Below are positions 10,137-17,979 of a stretch of 64,000 nucleotides of DNA, piece by piece. This stretch comes from Alphaproteobacteria bacterium (GTDB taxonomy: Bacteria; Pseudomonadota; Alphaproteobacteria; UBA828): contig OZ241738.1 of the NCBI GenBank assembly GCA_965200925.1, positions 1,858,291 to 1,922,290 on the forward strand. The letters run 5' to 3'. The position numbers were made by a program, and so were the translations under genes. The notes under the pieces were generated by a model that searched no databases, was not told the origin of the DNA, and worked only from the letters and a program-made list of their open reading frames with translations. Position 1 is the stretch's first letter. Each line of letters opens with the position of its first letter.

Positions 10137-12977
10137 CTAGTGCGTCCCCTCCGCACTGGCCGTAAACAAATCGCGTTGCGCGACCGATTCCGAGGTGGCC
10201 TGTTCCCTCTTCCCCATCGGTTTTCGTGCCGCCTCTTCTTTCAGACGCCTGGACGCCCGTTGATCGGCGGCTCGCAACAGCGCCTCCCACCAAGCGAGAC
10301 CCCACGGCCCCCACTGTCGCTGCAACCGTGCGAAGCGCATGGCGATCTCGCGCGCCTCGCCTGCCGCCGCGCTCGGCGGCAAGGAGTCGCAGCCCCCGAT
10401 CTCGATGGCGGGGCGGGCATTGCCGTGATGCGCCGCGATCAAATGCAATGCCAGCTCGAACCGTGGAGTGCCGCGTTCGATTCCGTCGAGGCCGCGGCGT
10501 TGCGCGTCGAGCATCGATCCGAACTCGTGCCTGTAGCCGTTCAGAACATGGCGGTTGAATGGACCGGTGGTCTTGGCATAGGGGCCTCCATTTCGGTCGG
10601 CGTTGAAAGCACGTTGCCAGCGGGGAGCCGCCTTTCCATCGTCATGGTGGCGGGCGACGGCAGCAAGCATCGTCTGATCTCCCTCCGAAAGACCGATCTC
10701 CTCCGCGATGCGCATCGCCTCGTCCGCGACCCACGCTTGATGCTCGTTCAGGGGCTGCGCCTTCGGAGCCATCGATCGGATTTCTTCATTGTCCTCCGCA
10801 TCGTACCGCTTCTCGACGATCAGCCGGATTTGAGGCTCCCCTTCTGGAGAGACCAGGTACGGCATTTCAAATGTCTTGTTCCAGAGTGCTTCGGGCTCCG
10901 TGGACTCGTTCCCGCGCACCGGCCGGACCCGAATGGCCGACGGATTCTCTCCCCGGACTTTGCCCCAGTTATCTTCGATCGTCGGCACCGGCTCATCACG
11001 GCCGTCGGCCAGCAATCCGTTTTCGACCCCGCCAAGCCGGGCATCCACTACCATCCTCCGTCCGGCAAGCCTTCGATTCAGTTCCTTCACGGGCAGGTCG
11101 TGCACGCTATTCAAATCGAGTTTTGCCTCCTGCTTCCCTCCGTGATCAAGCTTCCCTCCGTAATCAAGCAGGAAAGCGACAGGAATGTCCTGTCGTATCG
11201 GTTGAAGGAGATCGAAACCCGTCGCCCCGTCTGTCGAAGGGGCAGCCTCCGCCCTTTTGTGGAGTGTTCTCAAGAGTTTGCGTGCTCGTTTCCTCAACCA
11301 GTCCACGACCCGCCGCGTCTCGGTTTCGAGCAGTTCCTCGGTTTGCAGCGGGGCGTTCTCGAAGAACGCCTCGATTTCGCTCTTGGGTATCTCGATAGGG
11401 TCATGGCTTCCGTCGCTTTCGAAACGCAGCGGCAAGCAGTGACGCCAAGCGATGGTCATCTGCGGCTCGTCGTCCACCCAACCCCGCAGCCAAGGCGTCA
11501 CTTCCGGCCGGCCCGTGTGTTCGGCCAGCGAGGTCATCGCCCAGGCATCGACCAGGGGTCGGGAAAGCGCCGGATAGAGGGGCATCGGCGTCGAGGCCAT
11601 TTCGATTTCCCCGGCACTCACTTCCTCCCGAAGACGAGAGAGCGCGGCGGGGCTAGCGTCGCGATCGCCTGTTTCCGCCCGCGGCAGGGCTTCAAGCAGC
11701 TTCCGCACGGCCTTGTGGCGGGCGATTCCGTCCTTGCTCGATGCCTTCTCTTCCGGTGGCCCTTGGTCGATCACCAGCACCTGCGCCGCTCCCGCGCCGC
11801 GTCGGTTCACCCGGCCGAGCCGCTGCACCATGCGTTCCCACGCCACCAGATCGCAGACCATGTGATCGGCGTCGAGATCGACACCGACCTCGCCGGCGGA
11901 CGTCGCGACCAGAAACACCGGAGCGGATGGCGCGGCGGCGCTATCGGCAATCAAACCGTGCGTCTTCAAGTCTCCGGCCGCTCCTTCCCGTTCATGCACG
12001 CGCCGCCCACCGACGAACAGGATCGCCTTGGCTTCGGGTTCCTCTTCCTTGATCCGCTTCTTGAGGCTGGTCTCCACTTTCTCCGCCACCGAGCGCCGGT
12101 CGCAGTAGATCACTATGCGCGGCGGCCTGTCTCCCACGGCGGTTTCCTCCTGTGCCAGCCGCCAAGCCCGTTCGGCGAACGCTCCAGCGAGGGCATCGTC
12201 CTGCTTCCCCCCGCTTTCGAGATTCCCTATCGACAGCGCCTTGACCGCATTCAGTCGCTTGCGGACGATCCCGTTCTCCCGATCCTCGTCGTTGAGACGA
12301 AACGACTCCTCTTCGCCGCACAGCGTTGCCGACAGCGGCAGCATCCGGAAGAGGGGTGGCAGTCCCGGGCTGGCCGCCGGGCCGGAGAACACGGAGCGCC
12401 TCTTTTCGATGGTTTGCAGCAGGCGGTGGAACGGGCGGGCGAGATGCGCTTCGTCCAGCACCACCAGAGTGTCACAGCCCATCAGGCCCGCCTCGTAGGG
12501 CCACATACGCCGGGAGACGCCATAGCCCGAGAACAGAAGCCGTGACCCGACCATATCGACGGTGCCGACGACGATTGCGGGCGCGGCCGGATCCTCCAGC
12601 CACTCCCGATTGTCGCGATAGCGGCCGCGCAGGGTGGAGATCGGCAGCGGCCGTCCGTCGAGGCCGAGTGCCCGGCGCACCGGGTCGAGATCGTCGCGGC
12701 AACACAGCGTGTCCCGGATACGCACGGCGAATGCGGTGGCCTGATCGACCACCGCGCGCCGGTCGACGACATAGACCAGTCGCCGGGGCAACTGTGTGCC
12801 GCCGGCCAGCGCCAGCAGCCAGAGCGCCATGACGTCGGTTTTGCCGAGGCCTGTCGGGATATCGACCGCCGACGGCAGGCAGCCCGAGGCGAGCAACCCG
12901 AACAGCCGGCGTTGCCACGGGAAGGGCGGGTACCCAGCCAGCGCCTCGAAGGCGGTATCGAAATCGAACCTCGGCAT
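10137..12977 (-). CDS. cas3: Cas3 helicase-nuclease with a C-terminal HD domain (type I-U/I-G architecture)
   Basis: N-terminal DEAD/DEAH helicase motifs (PWQRRLF..., DIPTGLGKTDVMALW, VLDEAHL). HD-nuclease motifs (ARHHDDGK, HLIAAHHG) lie at the C-terminus, which is diagnostic of the I-U/I-G Cas3 arrangement. The start was chosen at MPRFDFDTAF (12977), preceded by a GGGGAG RBS; the longer ORF starts at 13070. Confidence 0.85.
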   Translation of the reverse strand: MPRFDFDTAFEALAGYPPFPWQRRLFGLLASGCLPSAVDIPTGLGKTDVMALWLLALAGGTQLPRRLVYVVDRRAVVDQATAFAVRIRDTLCCRDDLDPVRRALGLDGRPLPISTLRGRYRDNREWLEDPAAPAIVVGTVDMVGSRLLFSGYGVSRRMWPYEAGLMGCDTLVVLDEAHLARPFHRLLQTIEKRRSVFSGPAASPGLPPLFRMLPLSATLCGEEESFRLNDEDRENGIVRKRLNAVKALSIGNLESGGKQDDALAGAFAERAWRLAQEETAVGDRPPRIVIYCDRRSVAEKVETSLKKRIKEEEPEAKAILFVGGRRVHEREGAAGDLKTHGLIADSAAAPSAPVFLVATSAGEVGVDLDADHMVCDLVAWERMVQRLGRVNRRGAGAAQVLVIDQGPPEEKASSKDGIARHKAVRKLLEALPRAETGDRDASPAALSRLREEVSAGEIEMASTPMPLYPALSRPLVDAWAMTSLAEHTGRPEVTPWLRGWVDDEPQMTIAWRHCLPLRFESDGSHDPIEIPKSEIEAFFENAPLQTEELLETETRRVVDWLRKRARKLLRTLHKRAEAAPSTDGATGFDLLQPIRQDIPVAFLLDYGGKLDHGGKQEAKLDLNSVHDLPVKELNRRLAGRRMVVDARLGGVENGLLADGRDEPVPTIEDNWGKVRGENPSAIRVRPVRGNESTEPEALWNKTFEMPYLVSPEGEPQIRLIVEKRYDAEDNEEIRSMAPKAQPLNEHQAWVADEAMRIAEEIGLSEGDQTMLAAVARHHDDGKAAPRWQRAFNADRNGGPYAKTTGPFNRHVLNGYRHEFGSMLDAQRRGLDGIERGTPRFELALHLIAAHHGNARPAIEIGGCDSLPPSAAAGEAREIAMRFARLQRQWGPWGLAWWEALLRAADQRASRRLKEEAARKPMGKREQATSESVAQRDLFTASAEGTH

Positions 12978-13126
12978 CACGACTCCCCGCCGGAATCTGG
13001 AGGCGGTCCACAGGAAAGGCTTGCGATCCATGATTGCTCCTGTATATCTCGTTTCAGGCGCCCGAGCCAAGACCTAGACCCGTGGCTTCGGCTGCGTGAG
13101 GAGATTTTGGGCACCTCCGGGCGCCG

Positions 13127-13501
13127 CTATCTCCCCCCAGGGCGAATCAGGCGGCCGCGGCGATAGGCGGCGGCGACCTGATTCGGCTTGATCCGGTGGA
13201 ACGTGACGAGAAAGGTCTGGCGCCGATCATCCGTGCATTTGACGACGGCTCGCCACCATTTGCCTTCGTCGAGCTCCGCCGTGAACACCAAGGTGCGGTC
13301 CTTCTCCAAGATTGCCGCCCCTTGGTTGATCACCTTCTGCAAGCGGCTGTAGTCACCAAGTGTGACATCCGGGTGGCGCTCTCTCTGCTTGGCGGCTGTC
13401 TGTCGGGACAGGCGCACGAAACGTGAGTGCCCACCCAGCTGGGCCAGGAGGGAGTCGTCGAGCGCGGCGACTGTCTCGTCTGATGTAGAGGATCGGTTCA
13501 T
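13127..13501 (-). CDS. Hypothetical 124-aa protein directly upstream of cas3 (possible RelE/ParE-like small toxin fold)
   Basis: ORF MNRSSTSDETVAALDDSLLAQLGG...TLVFTAELDEGKWWRAVVKCTDDRRQTFLVTFHRIKPNQV. Alternating beta-strand-like segments followed by an 'HR' motif recall RelE/ParE/HigB-type toxins; there is no confident family assignment. Confidence 0.35.
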   Translation of the reverse strand: MNRSSTSDETVAALDDSLLAQLGGHSRFVRLSRQTAAKQRERHPDVTLGDYSRLQKVINQGAAILEKDRTLVFTAELDEGKWWRAVVKCTDDRRQTFLVTFHRIKPNQVAAAYRRGRLIRPGGR

Positions 13502-13536
13502 CGCTTCATGGTCTGAGGTAGCCGCTCCGATCATCA

Positions 13537-15193
13537 CTACCTCGATCCTGGTCGCTTCGTCAATGGGCACATATGGCGGTACATGAAGCCATTGACGACC
13601 GTGCGAGTAGCATGATAGGGAAGGTGCCGGGCTGCCGAACCAGCAGCCTGGCACCTCATGCCATCGGTATGGAGTCTCATTGAAGCATGTAGCGCCACAG
13701 GTGCTGATGGGCGCGATGCCAAAACTTCCGGGGCCACTGTTGCCCCGGCCTCATTGGAGCGGGGGGAGGGGGGCTCGACAGCCTCGGCTGCATACGGGCT
13801 GGACGGCGACCCCTCCAGCAAACGACTACCCCCAATCTCGGGCGCATCCTCCCGGTCGAGGCGGCCGTGGTTCACCAGCCGTATGCGGATCGTCATCGGC
13901 GAGACGCCGAAATGTTTGGCCACGCTGGTCTGTCTGTCTTCGGAGAGGTCGTCCGCCAGCAGGTCGTCCACGGCGGCGAAGGGGCTCAGCAGTTCGGCGG
14001 CGAAGGCACGCTGCGTCCTCTGACGGTAGCTGATAGGTCCGCGTCGCAGGGAATAGCGTTTCGGCGGGGCAATCGGCCCGGGCGGCGAGCACGCGGTCGC
14101 CGATCAGGCGCGCCAGTTCGAAGCGCCTGCCCGTCTTCCATCTGGACCGCAGCACCAAGCGCGCGCCGCCGCCCGACCCGTCGAGCGCGAAGCACAGGCC
14201 GTCCGAGCGCCGGTGCGTCCGAACGAGCGCGTCGGGCGTCGTTCCCGCCAGGGCCGCGAGCCGCGTGTCGGGGATCGGCTGCCCGTCCAGCCTCTCCCGG
14301 TCGCGGATCTCCCGGGCGACCCCGTATCCCACGCGCCAAGCTTCGGCTTCTCCCGACCGTGGCGTTCCCGCCGCACGGGCTGGTGCCACCGCATCCCTCG
14401 GGTCGGCGTCGAACCCGTGCCGCCGCGCGATGTCCGCGACGCCTTCCGCCGATATCATGTCTTCCAGGGCGCGGCCGCGCAGGGCCGCGTCGGCGGCCAC
14501 TTCACCCCACGCCTCTTCTCCGAATTCCGATGTGCCCGCGAGATGGCGGCGGATCGTGGCTGCGTCGGCCGCATCCGGGTCGCAGCCGAGCTGTGCCTCC
14601 AGCCGTCGGAAGCGCGCCAGTTCCGGGTCCCGTCGCTCCGCCGTCAGGTCGTTCCACAGGCGGTGAAGGTTCGTCGCCCGCACTCCCCGCTCGTCGAGAC
14701 GGGCCAGGACGTCCGTCGCGAAGTCGTCGATGGCGGCCTCGAGGCCGGCGGCCGGGATCGCTTCCGGGTGCGCCGCGCCGACATAGGGAAACAGCACCGA
14801 ATCCGGTTCCGGAGACGGCTCGGAGGCGAGGAACGACAGCAGCCCGTCCGAAAAGATCGTGACGTTGGGCCAAGCATAGCCGCCGCCGATGGCCGCCATG
14901 CGGTGGGCGAAATCCCAGTCGTGCGCGGCCTTTTCCTCGGAGGGCCGCCCGAGCTCCCATCGCAACCGCCACCAGTTCCAAACGAGCCACTCGGCGATGG
15001 GATAGGCGGCAAGGCGAGGTCCGTGGCGAAACTCCCGGCGGTCGGTGTCTTCGATCATGGTGAGATGTCGGCTGTTCACCGTCATCGTGAACAGGCCGAG
15101 CGTCGCCCGTTCCTCCGCCGAGTCGGGCGAGGCTTCCTCATCGGTGAGGGCAGATAGGGCGATCGTCAGCACGTGGGGCATCTCTCGCGCCAT
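13537..15193 (-). pseudogene. Large uncharacterised protein (about 500 aa) whose C-terminus is ImmA/IrrE (COG2856/M78)-like; an apparent +1/-1 frameshift lies near 14020-14035
   Basis: Frame 1 (15193 to about 14030) reads MAREMPHVL...YPIAEWLVWNWWRLRWE...GRRFELARLIGDRVLAARADCPAETLFPATRTYQ. An adjacent frame continues ...QRAFAAELLSPFAAVDDLLADDLSEDRQTSVAKHFGVSPMTIRIRLVNHGRL. The latter matches the E..AN.FAAELLmP and 'fgVS..a...Rl' motifs of ImmA/IrrE peptidases. The position where HEXXH is expected reads RLIGD, an apparently inactive catalytic site. The frame-1 tail after the shift is low-complexity Arg/Pro. Confidence 0.4.
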
Positions 15194-15588
15194 TCCTCGA
15201 TCACGCCGCGCCGGCCCGGGTCTTCGCGACCCAGCATGTAACCGTGATAGTCTCCGCCGCTTCCCAATACGGCTTCGTAAGCACGGCCATTGGAATCGAC
15301 CGCCCAGACGTATTTCGGCAGCCCGTTCTTGCGGAAGCCGCTGACCATCCCCCGCCCGATGCCTTCCCGGAAAAGAGCCTGTGCCTGAGCCTTCTCGATG
15401 GCACCGCACATCGACTTGTTCCTGCGCGGATTCACCGGCGGATGGAAGCCGTAATCGGCGGGCTGGCGCTTGTGGTGGGCGCTGCCGACGTAACGCATTT
15501 CGCCCGCCAAGTGTTCCAGGATGCCCGGGGCGATCGTGCCCTTTCGGGCGATCAGGCGTTTGGGGTCGTTTCCCTGGCGTTTGGACAT
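15166..15588 (-). CDS. Hypothetical 140-aa protein (weak microbial-RNase-like motifs), first gene of the three-gene cassette
   Basis: ORF MSKRQGNDPK...FRKNGLPKYVWAVDSNGRAYEAVLGSGGDYHGYMLGREDPGRRGVIEEWRERCPTC. The Y-H-x-Y...G-R-R-G-V-I segment loosely resembles the barnase/RNase Sa core (YHEYTV...RGTRRII), but the acidic catalytic residue is not evident. The start at 15588 was verified (ATG TCC AAA CGC...). Confidence 0.4.
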   Translation of the reverse strand: MSKRQGNDPKRLIARKGTIAPGILEHLAGEMRYVGSAHHKRQPADYGFHPPVNPRRNKSMCGAIEKAQAQALFREGIGRGMVSGFRKNGLPKYVWAVDSNGRAYEAVLGSGGDYHGYMLGREDPGRRGVIEEWRERCPTC

Positions 15589-15692
15589 GGCGGCATGTCT
15601 TCCCGATACTCCACGGTGTCTACCCGGCCTCGCCACCCAAGGCAAGGCGACCGCAAGCCCACCGAAACACGGTGGGCACCGGGAGCCGCTCC
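15589..15692. promoter_or_regulatory. Divergent intergenic region between the minus-strand three-gene cassette/cas3 operon and the plus-strand cas4-cas1-cas2-array
   Basis: A 104-bp gap between divergent start codons, with a GGGAG RBS at 15681-15685 before cas4-cas1. It is the obvious location for divergent promoters, though none was mapped. Confidence 0.3.
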
Positions 15693-17444
15693 ATGACCTC
15701 CCAGCAATTGGAACTCCACCTCCCCGCGCCGCCGGCGATCGGCGACTCACCGCTGGTTCCGGCGCGGATGGTGAACGAATTCGTCTATTGCCCGCGTCTG
15801 GCCTATCTGATGTGGGGGCAGGCCGAATGGGCGGAAAGCGCCGATACCGTGGACGGGCGGCGCGTCCACACCCGGGTCGACCGGGCGGGCAAGCCGCTGC
15901 CCGCGCCCGCAGCGCTGGAGGGCGAAGGTGGTGACGAGAAGATCGTCAGCCGCTCTCTCACGCTGTCCTCCGAAAGGCTCGGCGTGATCGCGAAGATCGA
16001 CATCGCCGAGGCCGCGGACGGGGCCGTCACGCCTGTCGACTACAAGCGGGGGAAGCGGCCGCACGTCGCCCGCGGGGCCTACGAGCCCGAGCGCGTCCAG
16101 GTATGCCTCCAGGCGCTGCTGCTGGAGGAGCATGGCTACCGGGTGGAGGAAGGCGCGATCTGGTACGCGGAGGGCCGCGAGCGGGTCCGTGTCGCGCTCG
16201 ACGACGACTTGCGCGCGGCCGCACGCGACGCGGTGAGCCGGCTGCGGCTCACGGTCTCCAACGGCCGCATCCCGCCGCCGCTTCGCGACAGCCCCAAATG
16301 CCCGCGCTGCGCCCTGGTCTCGATCTGTCTTCCCGACGAGGTGCGCGCGCTCGGCGGCTCGGATCTCGCGCCGCGGCCGATCGCCGTCCCCGCCGACGAG
16401 GCATTGCCGCTCGTGATCCAGTCCCAGCGGGCGCGCGTCACCAAGGAGGGTGACACCCTCAAGGTCGCCGACGACGAACAGGAAGAGACCACGGTGCGCC
16501 TGAACGAGGTGTCCGACGTCGCGCTGTTCGGCAACGTTTCGATCACCGCGCCCGCGCTGGCGGCCTGCATGGAGCGCGAAATCCCCGTCGCCTTCCATAG
16601 CCACGGCGGTTGGTTCCGCGGGGTCGCTCACGGCGTCGGCCACCGCAACGTCGAGGTCCGCATCGCGCAATACCGGTCAAGCTTCGACGACGGTTTCCGC
16701 CTCCGCTTCACGCGCGATCTGGTCGCCGCCAAGATCGTCAACCAGAGGACCATTCTGCGGCGCAACTGGCGGGGCGAGAAGGACGCCCGCGGCGCGGTGC
16801 TCGCCCGGCTCGACGCGGCGCGCAAGTCGGCCGCCGGCGCCGGTTCCCTGGACGCACTGTTGGGCCTCGAAGGCGACGCCGCCGCGACCTATTTTCGCGC
16901 CTTCGCCGGCCTGCTGGCGCCGCCCGAGGCGGGTGGGGCGGCCGGCGACTCCGGCGGGCCGGGCGGAGTCACATCGTTCCGTTTCGAAGCCCGAAACCGC
17001 CGCCCGCCGACCGATCCGGTGAACGCCATGTTGTCCCTGGCCTATGCCATGCTGACCCGGCATATGACGGTCGCCGCCGCCACAGTCGGGCTCGACCCCT
17101 ACCGTGGCTTCTTCCACGCGCCGCGCTACGGCCGGCCCTCCCTGGCGCTGGACATCATGGAACCGTTTCGCCCGCTCGTCGCCGATTCGGTCGTGCTCTC
17201 GGCCGTCAACACGGGCGAGGTCTCGTCGGGCGATTTCATCGTCGCCGCCACCGGGACGGCGCTGACCACCGCGGGGCGTCGTCGCTTCGTTGCCGCGTTC
17301 GAACGGCGCTTGTCGCAGGAGACCACCCATCCCGTCTTCGGCTACCGGCTCAGCATGCGCCGGCTGTTGACGATGCAGGCTCGGCTGCTGACCCGGCATC
17401 TCCTGGGGGAGCTCCCGCACTATCCCCACTACCTGCCGCGGTGA
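15693..17444 (+). CDS. cas4-cas1: Cas4-Cas1 fusion protein
   Basis: The N-terminal Cas4 RecB-like nuclease (EFVYCPRLAYLMW, four Cys including CPRCALVSIC) is fused to Cas1 (…VALFGNVSITAPALAACMEREIPVAFHSHGGWFRG…, …DPVNAMLSLAYAML…). Cas4-Cas1 fusion is a hallmark of type I-U/I-G. Confidence 0.85.
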   Translation: MTSQQLELHLPAPPAIGDSPLVPARMVNEFVYCPRLAYLMWGQAEWAESADTVDGRRVHTRVDRAGKPLPAPAALEGEGGDEKIVSRSLTLSSERLGVIAKIDIAEAADGAVTPVDYKRGKRPHVARGAYEPERVQVCLQALLLEEHGYRVEEGAIWYAEGRERVRVALDDDLRAAARDAVSRLRLTVSNGRIPPPLRDSPKCPRCALVSICLPDEVRALGGSDLAPRPIAVPADEALPLVIQSQRARVTKEGDTLKVADDEQEETTVRLNEVSDVALFGNVSITAPALAACMEREIPVAFHSHGGWFRGVAHGVGHRNVEVRIAQYRSSFDDGFRLRFTRDLVAAKIVNQRTILRRNWRGEKDARGAVLARLDAARKSAAGAGSLDALLGLEGDAAATYFRAFAGLLAPPEAGGAAGDSGGPGGVTSFRFEARNRRPPTDPVNAMLSLAYAMLTRHMTVAAATVGLDPYRGFFHAPRYGRPSLALDIMEPFRPLVADSVVLSAVNTGEVSSGDFIVAATGTALTTAGRRRFVAAFERRLSQETTHPVFGYRLSMRRLLTMQARLLTRHLLGELPHYPHYLPR

Positions 17445-17455
17445 GGCGCGCCACC

Positions 17456-17749
17456 ATGAACGACGAACGGACCTACATCGTGGCCTACGACATCGCCGAT
17501 GCCCGGCGGTGGCGCCGCGTCTTCAAGACCATGAACGGCTTCGGCGAATGGCTGCAACTCTCGGTGTTCCAGTGCCGCCTGTCGCGCCGTCGCCGCGCGG
17601 AGCTGGAGACGCGCCTGCGCGAGATCGTCAAGACGGGCGAGGACCACGTCCTGCTGATCGACGTCGGTCCCGCGGAGAAGACGGAGCTGGCCGTCGCGAG
17701 CATCGGCAAGACGTTCGCTGCTATTGAAAGGCAAGCGATCGTGATATGA
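17456..17749 (+). CDS. cas2: Cas2
   Basis: 97-aa protein MNDERTYIVAYDIADARRWRRVFKTMNGFGEWLQLSVFQCRLS... (the canonical Cas2 N-terminal beta-strand with YD). It lies 11 nt downstream of cas4-cas1 and about 230 nt upstream of the array. Confidence 0.85.
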   Translation: MNDERTYIVAYDIADARRWRRVFKTMNGFGEWLQLSVFQCRLSRRRRAELETRLREIVKTGEDHVLLIDVGPAEKTELAVASIGKTFAAIERQAIVI

Positions 17750-17979
17750 TGCGCTCGATCGAAACGCGCCGGGGCGGTCCTGCCGCGCGGATTCGAGCGG
17801 TCCACAGGCGCAGCGCGACCGGGGAGCGTTCGAAAACGCCAAGGCCCTTGCTCCCGTTGGGGTTATTGACATCGTGAAGATCGCCACCACACTGATCCGG
17901 GCACCTACCGGACATGAAACGAGACGCGCTCGACAATGCGCAAAATCCGCTATGGGCTACAATGGGTTATAAGGTGGCC
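17750..17979 (+). promoter_or_regulatory. CRISPR leader
   Basis: 230-bp non-coding stretch between cas2 and the first repeat. It contains a TTGACA hexamer (17867-17872) and an A/T-rich segment (…TATGGGCTACAATGGGTTATAAGG…) immediately before repeat 1. Confidence 0.5.

Noticed and set aside
15166-15588. Calling the 140-aa cassette protein a barnase-type RNase outright
   Set aside because: It shows only a short Y-H-x-Y…RRGVI resemblance; the Glu and C-terminal His catalytic residues of RNase Sa/barnase are not evident, so it is kept as 'hypothetical, weak RNase-like motif'.
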